This document shows, one piece after another, positions 28,761 to 42,417 of a stretch of 64,000 nt of DNA; positions within the stretch are counted from its first letter, which is position 1; every line of letters starts with the position of its first letter. Made by a program: the position numbers and the translations under genes. Below the pieces are notes generated by a model. It ran no database searches. It had not been told where the DNA came from and was given only the letters and a program-made list of their open reading frames with translations. Source of the stretch: Cyanophora paradoxa CCMP329. Lineage: Eukaryota > Plantae > Glaucophyta. Location: positions 62,001 through 126,000 of the forward strand of contig QPMI01000409.1 in NCBI GenBank assembly GCA_004431415.1, read 5' to 3'.

Positions 28761-29911
28761 ATGGCAGCCTTCACCACGTGCTGTCTTCCGAGCATCAGCC
28801 AACCGGCGGCTTTCGGCGCCGTCTCAGCCGCCGCGTGCACCGCGCCGGCCCCGCGTGCCTGCACGCCCGGGTTGATTGGTCCCCGGCGCTCCTTGTTTGG
28901 CACCGCCGTCAACGTTACTTTTGCTCGGGAAGCAATTTTCAGCTGCCGGACCCAGCGCGCCCTGCCCGCCCGCCCGTCCATCACATGCTCCAATGCCGCT
29001 GCGTTCCGTGTAAGCCATTCCGTTTCTCTCCATTCAGATTCCCCTCGTATTCAAGCGGGCGATGTGCGACAGGACTGCGAGCTCTCAACGGATCAGCTAC
29101 AGTTGGAGCGGATCTCTCTGGAATCTGCGTTCCGGATTGACTGGACCGAGAGCCTTCTCAGCGGCGACTATGCGCTCATGGCACTGCAGGTCCGAATGAC
29201 TTGCTCGCGGGAGCGCTTCGCTGCTGCCCGCCGACAATTTTCAATCAGGTGCCGGACGCGCCGGTGACCTACCTGCAGACCCCTAGCGGCGATCCGAACA
29301 GCGAGTTTAACTTGAATGCCGGAAAGGTCGTCCGCACACTTCGCGAGGACCTGCCGCAGTTCTTCGAGCGGGTGCGTCGCCTAGGCCTCCCGTTCGCATG
29401 CGCGGCGTGACTCGGTTTCTGCTTTGCAGGGTCTGAGCTACGACATTTACGCTGAGGACATGATCTTCCGGGACGGGAACGTGACGATGCAGGGTCTGAA
29501 GGTCTATCAAGGGTTGATGTGGTCTCTCCGCACTCACGGCCGCATGATGTACTCCAACGTGACCTTCAGGTGCTCCCCGACAAGCTCTTGATTTGCATTC
29601 CCAGCACTGATGCTTGCATGGCCTTCAGCGTGCGGAGAATGCACCAGGCCACCCGTGATCAGATCAACGTGCGGTTCACCATTTCCGGTCAGCCGCGGAT
29701 TCCGGGCCAGGAGCCTCTCCTGTACGAGGGCTGCAGCGTGTACAAGCTGAACAGCAAGGGTCTTGTGCGCGAGCACCAGATCGACAACGTGATTACCCTG
29801 GGCACAGGCTACGCGTCCCCCCTGCAACGGTTTTCCCTCAACCCGAGCGAAGCGGCCTTCGCGACCGCGAGAGTACGGAATCCCGAAGAAGATATTTCTC
29901 CCCGCATGTAG
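28761..29911 (+). CDS. DUF2358 (NTF2/SnoaL-like) protein with probable plastid transit peptide
   Basis: EFNLNAGKVVRTLREDLPQFFERGLSYDIYAEDMIFRD...EGCSVYKLNSKGLVREHQIDNV resembles plant/cyanobacterial DUF2358; N-terminus MAAF... is Ala/Ser/Thr-rich. Confidence 0.8.
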
Positions 29912-30886
29912 AGTCCTTTTTTTCCTTCCCCACTCGCTTCATCTCTGCCCTCTAGTAACTACTCTCGTTGGTATAGCTCCTCTGCACCTCTGCCCCCACT
30001 GACCTCTGCACGTCTGCCCCACTATTGTATAGTGACTACCTAGTCCTGACAGTGACCCGGTTACTCGCGATACTTTCCCTTATACTTGACTTTTTGTAGG
30101 CAGCGTAGCTGCGTGATCGAATGCGATCGGCCGCATTATGCGAACCTGAGGTACCCGTTACTGCGCGCGGCCCCCTTAAACGCGTGGCCCAGTGGGACGT
30201 GCATGGGCGACGTTGACAGCCCTGTGCCAGCGCTAGCCGGGCAGGCGTGCCGGCGCCAGGCCTAGGACCTCGGGCCCTAGGCCTGGCATAGCTATAGCTA
30301 GCTATAGCTAACGCGCGCTAAAGCTGCATATGCATGCGCATGCGCAGTGACCATGAGCAGCTGCGCATGCGCATGCAGCCGGCGCCGGCAGCTAGTGCTA
30401 GCCGCTGAGCTGCATAGCCGCTGAGCCGGCATGGGTGCGCGCCGCACCCGGCCCGAGGCACTGCGGCACCGGCCCGGCCCGCGCGGCCCGCAGGCCGGGC
30501 TGGGCCGCGGATCCCCGGACGATCATGATCAGTTGCCGGCATGCATGAGCAGCTATAGCTAGCGCTGATATGATCATGAGCCGCGGCTGTGCGGCTGTGC
30601 GGAACGCCATTTCTTGCCCAGGATGCAGACATCGCCATGCCTGCAGCTGCGCCGGGCCCGTGGCGCTAGAGAGGCCCCCTGACTTCAGCCTTTCTCTGAA
30701 ACGCCCTCACCCAGCCGCCTCCGCCCTAAGCCCGTCGTTGTCCTGATCCTGAAAGTGGAGCGGGAAATAGATTATACGGCAGTCACATGGCGTCTCATGC
30801 ACTGGGCGGCGGTCTGCGGTGGGCGCAGCGCGCGAGCCAGAGCCAATGAGGGCTGGCCGACCGCAAGCACAGCCCGAGGGGCCCGC

Positions 30887-32547
30887 TCACCATGCGGCGG
30901 CCTTCGCCGACTTCGCCGTCCTGCGGGACGAAGGAGGGGTAAACGGAACGGTGGGCCGGGTAGGGGCGGGCGGCGGGGGTGCACTTGTCGTCGGGGGCGT
31001 TGACGTTGAGCAGCAGGGCGTCGGAGTTGAGGTACACCTGCTGCCGCGTTCAGCACCAGGAAAATGCCGACGATACAGTAGGATGGATGTTCCGACCTTG
31101 TTCTGGGACTTGGCGACCGTGTTGGCGATTTCGCGGGCGGCCTCGATGCGGCGCAGCTCGATGAAGCCGGGGTTCTCCTTCAGCGCGTTGCCGATCATCG
31201 ACGCCGAGCGAGCCTCTCCTTGCGCCCGGATGATCGTGCTCTTCTTGTCCTGCTGGGCCTGCGCATCGAGGAGTCGGCGGTGTCAGAGGGGCAGACGGGG
31301 CGGGGACCAGGGGTAGGGGTAGGGCGAGTTCAAGGTTGGCGATTTTAGACTGAAGAAATACGCGCTCAAACGGACGGCTATCGCATATTCTCACCTTCTC
31401 GACGATGAACTTCGCGCGCTCGGCCTCCTGTTGGGCTGAGGGGATGCGGGTCAGCGAGGTGGGGCAGCATCGACGGGCCCGCGCGCGGCCCACCGACTTG
31501 CTTAGCCTCCACGGCCGCTGTGTACTCCTTGCCGAAAGCCAGGTGCGTCTGCGGGCAGGGCTGTGAACAAGATGTGAGGACAGGGGCAGGAAAGAGCGCC
31601 GCGCACGATCGAGACGTCATCCAGCAATATGTGGAAGTCGCGGGCGCGCTCTTCCAGGTTGCGCTGGATCAAGCGGCTGACCTGCGCCGCACCGGTTAGC
31701 TGGCCAAGGAGCAATCCAGGGGCGCCCGCAAGCGAAGCGGCGCGCCTGCTCTCGCTGCGTGATAAGCTGCGACGCATTGAACTGCGCCTGTGCGACGCGT
31801 AAGAACGACGGCCGTTTACATGGATAGCTAAAGTGAATCGGCGCACCACGACGGACTTCAAGACCTCGTTCACGATGGAGGGCAGGACCTTCTCGTCGTA
31901 ATCCACGCCCACATTGCGCACGATCTCCGGTAGCTTGCGCACGTCCGGCTTTGATAGCACACGCAGAGTGATGTTCACCATCTGCAGGTCTGCCGCGGGC
32001 CAGAGGTCGGGGAGCGCGAGGGGTGCGGAGGCAAGCCCCTTACCGCGCGTGCCCGTCAGAGACGGGAAGTTCTTCGGCTTCGAGCGAACGTCGAAGATGA
32101 TCGGCTTGTCGAACCAGGGGATGCGGACGTGCGTGCCCTCCTCGTATACCTTGTCCTTCACGCCGACGATTCTGTTGAAGACGACGGCGCGGTGCCCGCC
32201 CTCGACTGCGAGACAGGCGCACTATCGATCAGCGGACGATATACGCGCATACGCGCTCGTACAGAGGCCAAGAGCTACGGCGCCCTGCACGGCGCGGCAG
32301 GCAATGAGCAGCGCACCGTTATACAGGCTGTAGCCGATGCCGGCCACCGTCGCACCGGCGAGCGCAAGCACGCCGATGCCTGAAGAGCAGCGTGAGACAA
32401 GGCGCGTCAGGCCGACGCCAAGCACGCGACGAGTCTGAGGCGGCGGCGGGGCGACGCGGCGAAATCGACGCAATGCGCACCTCGCCGGAGCGGAGGAGGG
32501 ATATTGACGTTGCGGAACTGGTCGAGGTTCGGGCCGCCGCGATGCAT
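30887..32547 (-). CDS. PHB2: Prohibitin-2 type SPFH protein
   Basis: [86 protein letters not shown]. Confidence 0.93.
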
Positions 32548-32771
32548 GTTTGGTGTACCCTCCTTGCCGGGGTACGATGGGCTAGCAGCTTGCCCTCGGT
32601 TGGCTCACATTGTCAAAAGTCGCGCTGACTCGCGCACGGGCCGGCCTCCGTGCTAGGGTGCGGAGTCGATCGGATTTGAGCTGCATCGGATAATTCAGTG
32701 CGATCGGCTCCTCCACCAGCGCTAGCGCTCCTGCGACTCTTCGCACACGGTGCGCGGGAAGCTGCTGCGGC

Positions 32772-34383
32772 ATGAGGAGATTGAATAGCGCTCTGCGCTT
32801 TGCATCCGATGATCTTTGTCGGCTGCGTCGGCGGTGGAACTCCACCGTCGCCCTGCCGCTGGACACTCCCATCTTCTATCAACAACCAGCACGCGAAGTG
32901 CCCGCGGAGGCGCTTGCAGAACGCAGGAGTCTTCTGACTGACAAATACGGCCGGCGGCACACGTACCTCCGCATCTCCTTGACGGAGCGGTGCAATCTGC
33001 GGTGCCAGGTCAGTCGGGGAGGTTGCTCGCGCCGCGTACAAGCATCGATGATATCGCTCTAAAGTAAACCGCAGTACTGCATGCCTGCAGAAGGCGTCGA
33101 TCTGTCCCCTGACAGCCACCTGCTCCGGTCGGACGAAATAGTGCGGATCGCGCGGCTATTCGTTTCACACGGAGTGGACAAGATACGGCTCACCGGAGGG
33201 GAGCCGCTTGTGCGTAAGGACGTCGACGTGCTTGCGGCGGAGCTCGGCCGGATTCCGGGACTGCGAACTCTAGCCCTGACAACAAACGGCATCCTGCTCC
33301 CCCGCAAGCTGCCAGCGCTCCATGTGCTCGCACTGCCGCTCCCGCACGCTCTGCGTGTACTCAAGTCTTTCTTCAGGCTGCTGGCGTCAACGCGCTGAAC
33401 ATCAGCCTGGATACTTTAAAGCCCGAGAAGTTCGTGAAAATCACGAGGCGACAGGGTTTCGAGCGTGTGATGGACGCGATACGCATGGCTCTTGATTACG
33501 GATATTACCCCGTGAAGGTGAGATGTCGACGACGTTCGTTGTATTCCCGACCTTCAACTGATCATGACCCCGCAACCAGATTAATTGCGTTGTCATGCGT
33601 GGCGTGAATGATGATGAGCTGCTGGATTTCGTTGCTTTTACCGAGCACAAGAACGTCGAAGTGTGTTTTGGGCCCTGGGAAAGAGAGCTCTCTCTGTGCT
33701 CACACGCTCCCCCAAAGGTTCGTTTCATCGAGTACATGCCGTTTGATGGAAATGCCTGGAAAGACACGAAGATGGTTCCTTATGCCGAGATGGTAGACAG
33801 GATCAGGAATAAATACCAGCTTGAACGTGTAAGTCTTTTTATAATTTCTTGCGGTTTTTAGTACAAACTCATGCTTTCTACAGGCAGTCGACCATGCAAA
33901 TGACACATCTAAAACCTGGGCCATACCTGGCTTCCAGGGCCGAATAGGATTCATCACGTCAATGTCAGAGCATTTCTGCGGCTCTTGTAACAGGTTAAGA
34001 CTCACAGCAGATGGCAATTTGAAGGTTTGATGATCCTTAATTCCTGCTTCCGCTACACAATTCAAATGCTGAGCACAGTGTATTCCAACTTGCGTGCAGG
34101 TCTGCCTGTTTGGTGCCTCTGAGGTGAGTCTTCGAGATGCAATGCGTGGATCTGGGGACTGGCGGGGGAAACTGGGCCTGCGACAAGTTGCGCCGACAGC
34201 CGGTGCCACGGATGAGGAGCTCTCCGATCTGATTGGAGCAGCAGTAATGAGGAAAAAGCCAGCGCATGCAGGTGCTGCGTCTACCCACCACGAAGTTTTA
34301 ATCTCCGTTTTGACAAGTGGCGTACAGGGATGCATCAAATTGCAGAAATGAAGAACAGGCCAATGATTTTGATAGGAGGGTAG
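32772..34383 (+). CDS. CNX2: GTP 3',8-cyclase (MoaA/MOCS1A/CNX2), radical SAM enzyme with mitochondrial-type presequence
   Basis: [19 protein letters not shown] (CxxxCxxC), [41 protein letters not shown]-terminal NRPMILIGG. Confidence 0.95.
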
Positions 34384-34429
34384 CTCGTATTATTGCGTTC
34401 AGCATACCGTATGACAGAATATTAGTGCC

Positions 34430-34640
34430 TGCATAATGTTAATCCGCCCCCAAATTAATGCGTTTTCAGCCGTGAAAACGCATTAATTTGGAAGCGCATT
34501 AACAACAGTCTATTATATAATTAAAAGAACGCTAAGAAACTGCAGGCAGTACCCCCCCCCCCCCCCCCCCCTCATGCAGGCGAGGAAGCGTAACTAGTAA
34601 AAACGCATTAATTTGGGGACGCATTACTAAGTTATTAGCC
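34430..34640. mobile_element. MITE-like element with imperfect terminal inverted repeats and an internal hairpin
   Basis: ccccaaattaatgcgtttt (34448-34466) vs its reverse complement aaaacgcattaatttgggg (34600-34618); perfect 19-bp-arm hairpin at 34450-34491; AT-rich and non-coding. Confidence 0.5.
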
Positions 34641-35130
34641 ATACTAGAGGTCTGGGTTTTTACACTTGGGCAAGTGCGGCCCGTGCTGTTGCCAGTCCGG
34701 CCATTCGCGCCCGGAAGTGGAGTAACGATCCACCCCAGCATGGCCGAGACCGCACGCATGATGGCCATGGCTGCAGCACTGCAGCATCATGTCGTTGGTG
34801 GGGCCGGGTGGTCACCGTGTTGGAGGTCCTGCAGGCCCGCGGCTGGTGGGCCCGTACGCGTACGTAGGGCCAGGGCCCGTCGACGTCGGAAGCCTGCACG
34901 TGAGAATCGTGGCCCATGGCCGAACGTGAACACCATCGACATTCCGAAGTTCAATGTTAACTTATATTTAATTAAGTACCTTCAACGCATTTGGACAGTG
35001 TTGCCTTCCGAAGTTCTAATAGAAAGCGTCTTCATTGTGTATGTACATGCATGTTCAGCAATGAATAGTGTGCAGATACGACAAAGACGTTAACAAAGTG
35101 CTAGTCCTTGACGCGATGACATCTACACAA

Positions 35131-38100
35131 CTACTTCTTGTGTCGCTTCTGTTGCTTAGAACCCTTGACGAACTTCTTGGCATCTCGAGAACCCTTCAGA
35201 GCACCTGAGTTCAGATAAGTGTGTACTCTTCACCTGAGGAGGGGGGGGGGGCACCTTTCACAATACCAGAGACTTTGCCTTTCTTGACCTTCTTCAAGCC
35301 CTCTGTAGCCCGCTGGCCGAGAGGGACATATGCGTAAGGCTGCATCCGATTCGTCTTGGTGACGTCGCCTGGCGCCTTCTTGCTCCTGTACTCAGCCCCT
35401 GTGTGTTTCTCCGGGGTGGTGCTGCCCTTCTGGAAACGCCGCTTCTTATTGAAGTCATTGAAGCGCCCTGCTTTCGCCTTCTTGCCTTCCTCCTTCTCAT
35501 CCTCATCCGGCTCATAGTCATCGCGAATCCTCTTCTTGACTGTTCCCGAAATGAGCCACAGCTTCGAATCGAGATCGAATGCAAAGCGCACTCTCACGAC
35601 CAGATCGCTTCGCCCGGAGCACATCGGTGAGGTCCACATCGACACCAGCATCTGCGCCTCCCTGTTTCCGCTTGCCACCTGCTCGGATGTCATGATGATG
35701 TTTTGACTGTGATGCAATCTGACTCTGACTCACTCTTTGATGGGAACAGCTCTTCCTCCTCAGAATCAGACGGAACCACGATTTTCCCATCCTCGTTGGT
35801 CTTAAACATCGACTTCGGCCTCCTAGCAACATGGGGTGCTGCTCCTGTGGCGGAATGAGAAACAAAGCACAGAAAGTCATGAAAAGCAACAAATGCAATG
35901 GAAGCTAACCAGATTCAAAGCGGCCGTTGTGACTGAGAAGGTCCATTGGATCGGCATTCGCACTTTGCTTGATGCCAGTCTGGGCCCGTTTTCCAGCCCT
36001 GCCCGCCAGCCCCTTCTGCGATCACGCGTCAAACGCTGCCCAAACAAGAAGTCGCTGAAGCCTACACAGGACACACTGAATTTGCTGGTGCTCGGGCACC
36101 CTGGACGGGGATGCCGTCGTCATCATCACTGGCATCCTCGAGGGCTTTTTCAAAATCAGCGTTGGCACTCTTCTTCATGTTCTTCCTCGCTTTGGCTGCT
36201 GCTCTCTCCTCCAAGGTTTTCTGAGTCATCTGTGCCTTCGCTTTCACAGCACGCTCCTTGCTCTTCCGAATGTTTCGTAGCAAGCCAATGTGCTCCTGTG
36301 GGAAGACAGCCTCAAGCGCCTCCAACCTGCCCGTCTATCAAAACATCTTTGGCATGTGCAGTTGCGAGCATCAACAAACCCATATTTACGGTACAGCCTT
36401 TCGATGATGACCCGAATCTTGATGCGGAAGTGATTCTTACTGTCCTTCGACCAATTTGTCAGGCGCTGGAGCTGCCGGGGTCTCTCAAATCAGCTCCGAA
36501 TGCTGGCTGTCTCTCACACAGAGCTCACGCACCAGTTCCTGCAGATGTGGCTGCAGACTTTCAGGCGGGAAGGCGACCACGGCGACCTTCACAAAGCCCA
36601 AAGCAGCGGAGACAATCTCTCGGCTCTTGTGGTCGAAGAGCAGGATGACATTCTGTATGTGCTCCGGAAGGGATTCGCTAACCTCATCTGACGAACTTGT
36701 GTCACAAGTGATCTCGTGGTCAGATGCCTTCCGGCACGCACCACGAAACTCGTAAAGGAGACGTGAGAGGGCTTGGATGGTTGCACTGATCATGTGAGGG
36801 TGACTTCCTGCAAGCCCAGCTGTGGCCATCTTGAGAAGCTCATGCAGCCCTTCATCTGAACACACCGTTCCATGATTAGAGATTTCTTGACAGAAAGAGT
36901 AAGTGGAGGCAGACCACCAGATTTCTCCTGCATGTGGCGCCCTGCTGAGATCAAGAAATTGTAAGCAGCCTCTCGCGACTTGTAGTTGACTTCTTTCGTA
37001 GCTAGAATGACTTCTCCCAGAAGCGTCCCCAAAAAGTTCGTGAGGGCGTCTCCTGACAGGCTCGACATGCAGTGATTGAGGCACTTCAAGCGACCCTGCG
37101 TAACATGGAGCTGTAAGGTGCACGTGTTTGCTCCTTCCCAGGGTGGATAGTAGCACCTTCTTCGCTGCTGTAGCACAAGCTGCTAGCGACTGAATAAGCA
37201 TCTCCTGGATCTCATCAATATTGCTGGCGACCCAGTCCGGATGATTTTTGCTAATTCGCCCCAAGAGCTTGTATGCCCTCTTCTGCAGAGCAGCCTCCGA
37301 ATCCTGCTCGAATGTAAGGAATCGCACACTACTTTTCAGCAGCCAAGCTCTTACCAACAGATTGGTTGCGAGGACTCTATAGAGCTGCTGAAGCATTTCA
37401 TGATCTAGGCTCGGGATGAATGCAATTGCAAGGTCCATCAGCATGGATGCCCTGTTTCTCTCCTTCTCCTTCTTCTGCAAGCTCTCTGCTTCACTGTCCT
37501 CCATTGACGCCAGAGCAACCTCCGCCTCTGCAAGCTTTTGAAGGATAGCTTTGAAGCGATCACTGACTCCCTGCAAGGTGCTAGTCAAGCGGCGAAAGAA
37601 GTAAAAAGGTTTAATGTCATACCACAGCTGGCGAAATTCTTGTGAAAGCACATATTGCGTCGAAGACAGGTCCACGTTTCTCGGCAGCAAATGTCGAAAA
37701 CACATTGAAGAGGACAGTGATGAACTGCTGAGAGAATCGAGCAACGGCGTTGATGGACTTCTGAGCCCCTTCTTTCGTGAAAGTCACCCCACCAATGCTG
37801 GGCTGCTCGTTCTCTTCCTCTGCATGCCTGGAGAAAAGTAAGCAAAGTAGGCACCAATAACTGCACGATACGCACTCTGCCTCAGATTCATCTCGATCCA
37901 AGAAGTCCTTGAACTTGTTGATGAGCAGGGACAGTCCTGTGCAGAGCGTGGGTACGAGATCACTGTCGTTCTCAAGAGTCATGCCGATGTTCTTTGCAAT
38001 GTTTGGGAATGTCTGCATGACATTCAGAAGGCCATTCGGTGAACACAATTGCAGTCGTCAGATCAAACTAACCTCTGCACAGTCCACAGGCATGTTGCAA

Positions 38101-40511
38101 AATGCAGGCCACAATTCCCACAGTTGGCTATAGACGATCTGCACATGCAGTAAGGTTCCTTGCAAAGACAGCATTAGCAATGCATTGCATTTGGCACCAT
38201 CAGGTTCTTGGCCTCTATGGGTCGGGCGTCCGCTGCAGCTGCAGCTGCCTTCGTCTTGAGGCGCGATGCCAGAGGCAAAATCTGGGTGGCGAAGAAGCGA
38301 AGTTCGCCCTTCTGCACGTTTTCCCGCAGGAGCTTGATCAGCCAGACTCGGCTCGTCGAGAATTTCACTTCCCTGTGGATCGAGAGTCAAGGGAATCAAA
38401 CCAAACAAAAATCCAATGTGCACCCATCTGCCCCCTCCAGGTTGAACGGCAGCAAGGACAGGACGTGGGTTGGTCCAAAGGAAGAGATTGCTGCTCCAAG
38501 AGCGTGGCTGAGCTGGTCCTTGAAATGGAAGTCGGCTGTGTCGTATAGCTCCGCCGCTGACACAACAAGCTGGTTTACGGGCTCAATAATTCCTCTCCGA
38601 CCAAGATGCTGCACGAAAGGATGAATCAATAATCATCACAAGAACGACAAATCGACATCGCGAACCCTGAACAGGGCCGAGAAGACTTGAAGCGACGCAT
38701 CCCATGCATGCTTGTAGCGGAACTTCAAGAGCGACTCGACATGAGCAATGATGCGCTCCAATCGTGTTGGTGCTCGTTTCGCTGAGGAGCCTGCCTTGCG
38801 ACTGCTCACGTATTCGTCAACCAAGCTGGTGTCGATGAGGCGCACCAAGCTCTGTGTGAATTGTAAAGAACCACCGACAAAGATCGAACAAACAAAAAGA
38901 ACCGTAAGTGCATCTCGGGCAGCTAAGAGAACACCCTCCTGCTCCACTGAGAAAAAAGTGGCAACCCTGCCAACAATGAGGGGAAGCGTTTGATTTCCCT
39001 CTTGTGAGTCAGCACTGTGGTGCACCGATTAGTGGTGAAGCAGACATTCATAGCACCAAAACCTCACCTGCAGACATCTGCGGCTGTCTTGGTAACGAGC
39101 TGCAGAAATGGTAGGCTGATGTTTGCGTCCTCTCGCGGAATCTCAAGCTCCGACACCAACTAGTAGGCAAAATCAATTCACAGAATCATTAAGGTTCAAA
39201 GATCTGGCGTACGTTCAAAATTTTGGTGGCCGTGTCGGCATCAGGAGTCTTGCTTTCATCCTGTGCGTATGCCAGAAGGCACAAGAGCACTTGCTGTGTG
39301 ACCATAGCGATGTGCAAACCGAGGAGTCGAGATAGCTCCTTCAGAAGGTTCTTCAGTTGCTGCACGTACGGTCAAAAGGCTGAACAGAGCATTCGAGCAC
39401 AGGGCGCACAGCAGCAGGGAGAATGGGCATAATCAGGCGGTAGAGACCAAGAATATGAAGCGTGTCCAGCGAATTCCTCTCCGAGCACTTCGCTGTGAAG
39501 GTAGAGCAGAATTGCAGAGCCGTCTGGGCCACATTGTTCGCAGTAGGACTTCCGTGCAGTCCCTCCAGAATGACACGAACTTCTGCATGTGCCCGCTTGC
39601 GGATCTGCAGCTTCTGGTTAGGGCGAGAATACCCGCGCTGCCACCATCGCTTGGAGTTACCTTCGGGCGACTGTCCGTACAATGGGAGAGAACGAGGTTA
39701 TAGACCTGAAGTACGAAATGAGCAGCACCCCAAGATGTCAGCTTGCGCTGACCGCACCCGCTGCGCAATTGGCTGGCTCCATGCTGAAGAGTCGAGCGCT
39801 GTGAGCATGAACCCAAAGCACTCTAGGACCTACGCGCGGGTGTTAAACGTGAGCGACCCGCCAAGTGCCGCAGTGAAGCATCTCGCGGTAGCGTACTGCT
39901 TTCACCGCCGGAGCGGTCTCGGCGACGTGCGCATGTACGCGCTGGAGAATCTCGGCCGTCTGCTTGAAGCGCGTACGCAGGAGTCCTTTGGAGACCCTGT
40001 CGCGCACAATCAGCGGCGCGCGTACGCGAGGGGGAACGGTCGCGCTCACTTGGGGAAGACCATGGAGAGCAGGTGGCATGTAGCTGCGATCATCTGCTGG
40101 TCTAGAGCTTGGAAATTCTCGAGCGACGTCATGAACGCGCCAAAGTAGGCCGCCGGCACGAGATCGAGACCTTTGTCGCGGATCACCTCCTCCGTCGCCG
40201 CGAGCACAACCCCAGCGTGCATCCTGCGCACAGCTACATATCGGTGTCCAGGGTAGACACATAGACCGCCCCCTCTAGCTCGCGACCTCGACGCCCTCGC
40301 CACCCTCGAGCTCCGCCCCACCGCACCGGTGCGGTTCCTTTGAATGCTGAGCCGACTTGCGAAAGTTGTAGAACACGTCCTCTTCAAGCGAGGCCTCCTC
40401 GATCTCATCTGCGGCCTCCCCGCCCGCCCGCTTGTGCTTCGGCCGATCGGCATCGATCGAGGCTGACAGGTCGCCGAGTGCGGAGAGCGCGCTCTTCTTC
40501 TCGGCAGGCAT
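35131..40511 (-). CDS. RRP12: RRP12 HEAT-repeat ribosome biogenesis factor, multi-exon
   Basis: VPAAYFGAFMTSLE, DSRPKIRKRAH, GAAISSFGPTHVLSLLPFNL, LQKRAYKLL, SREIVSAALGFVKV, GAEYRSKKAPGDVTKTNRMQPYAYVPL. Confidence 0.9.
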
Positions 40512-40803
40512 GGTGTACGCTGTGCGCTCGGGCTGCGCGCTTGCGCTGCGGTCTAGCTTCGAGATCTGGTGCGGGCCTGCAGCTGCTGCGATGCAGATTC
40601 GCGCACGGCTGATGTGCGCTGCGACTTCGAACGAGATCTAGCCCCCGCCACGCGCTGTCGAGCCGCCCGCCGATCCCGCCGCGAGGAACTGCCCGCTCAG
40701 AGATTCGAGCCGGCGACTTTTGCACTAAGCTTTCGAAACGTTCGCCAGCGGCGATTCTTCCGCTACGTTGACGTTCGCATGCAGCGGGCGACACGTTGCT
40801 AGA

Positions 40804-42208
40804 TTACAACCAATAGGGATTTGGTGGGGGCAGCTCGTCGTTGTCGGGCCCTGCGAAGCCTCCACGGAAAGGGGGGCCTCCAGGCATCGGGGGAGGGCCG
40901 AAAGGATCGAAGCGGGCACCAGGCGGCACGGCACCCCTGCGAACAGAGAAATTTTGCATGGAATGGATTGCCTACAGGGAAACAAAGTGCACCGAGGAAG
41001 TCGGACAGGGCCCGCAAGTCCCCCGCTGGGGTCGCCAAAGTACGGGTCGCGTGCAGGGCCGAACATCTGGTGCAATGTAAACAAGAGCATTTACATGCAA
41101 TTGAATTTGAGAAGCTCAACGGGATGGTTGGGCCCGACCATGGAGCCGCCCCCCATGCCAGGCCGAGGTCCAAAACTGACAGTACGTTTGAAGAAGCAGA
41201 CAACGAAAGGCTTGAGATGATGCTTACCCGCCGATTCCTCCAGGGAGAAGGTCATCGCCACCAACGCCTCCAGGCCTGCAAATGCATTGTGTACAGCTGA
41301 AGCCAAAAGCATCGCAACGAAGAGCGCACACCCTACTGGCAAAGGCCTCATCGGAGGATACCTCGGTTGGAACGTCGGATCCATGAGGGGGTCAAACCGG
41401 GGATGTTCAGGCTGCCGTTGCTCTTGTGCCCGATCGGGCTCCCGCGGCCGAGGGGCTTGGTTCGAGGAAGATGAATCTGCCTCGTATCCTTCCTTGCCTG
41501 CCTCTGGGAAGATCTTCGAGATGATGGAAGCTCGCAACTGGCAGGCAGTGAACTCAGGAACGCAGCAAACACGGTTCATGCGAGCGAAAAAGGACCTGCG
41601 ACGCAAGCTCGTTGATCTTATCTGTAAACGCTTCATCTGCAGCTGCATTCCGCGCGTACAAACCAGTCCTGCAGAGGGAATGAGCAGAGACACGACACAT
41701 CTATATTACGCGAGCTCAACATACTTCAACTCCAGCGTATGGATGCGCTTGTCCTCTGCTGTCATCGCGTGCACGAGCATAACATCTTCCATTGGGACAA
41801 ATCTGAAGAGAATGATCAGGAGCGCGGCGCGTACGCAGTGCGCACTACGCACTTGATCAGAAAATTGAGTGCACTCCGGCTGTGTTTCATCCGGAACGCG
41901 TACACGTCGGCAGAGGACTGCCAATTCGAAGGAAACTGTCCTTCTCCAGCTGCACGGCGCGTCAGGGGCGCGGAGGGCCTCCTCGCAGCATGCGTACGCA
42001 AGGCAACATGCGGACCTCCTTCGACGAAGCGGAACCCGCTGTCGCGCAGAAGCGCCAAGCACGCGAACACCACTGCATCGTTCGCGCCGCGGAAGGACAG
42101 CGAGGGGCCGAGTTCCGTGAGCGCGAGGATGATCTACGGCGGCGCGCGCCCCATCGGATCGAGGAGCCGGCGCGGCGCGCGAGCGCGACGGCGCACCTTG
42201 TCGGCCAT
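40804..42208 (-). CDS. PSMF1: Proteasome inhibitor PI31, multi-exon
   Basis: FP-domain-like DAVVFACLALLRDSGFRF..FPSNWQSSADVYAFRM; Pro/Gly-rich tail GGSMVGPNHP, VPPGARFDPFGPP, GPDNDELPPP; ends YWL. Confidence 0.88.
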
Positions 42209-42417
42209 GAGCTCTCAGCGGGTCGAAGGGGCCGCGCAAGCGCGAGGACGGGGGGCGGGGTTGGGGCAGAAGAAGTCAGAAGTCTCTTTTCCTGGGTACG
42301 GGTGCACAGTGCAAAACCACAACCGATCCCCGCCCCAACGCAGCAATCCGCCGATACCTCTGGACAACCGGGCAGCATCTATAAAACCCATCGAGCAAGC
42401 GCCGCACCGCCGCGCGC

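Noticed and set aside
34025-34099. TGATGA...CTGA suggesting an intronic C/D snoRNA in CNX2
   Set aside because: Only about 45 nt between boxes in a 75-nt intron, no terminal stem; CTGA is better explained as a branch-point-like motif.
34384-35130. Animal-type bicistronic MOCS1A/MOCS1B arrangement
   Set aside because: No MoaC-like coding sequence follows the GG-stop; the gene is a stand-alone CNX2.
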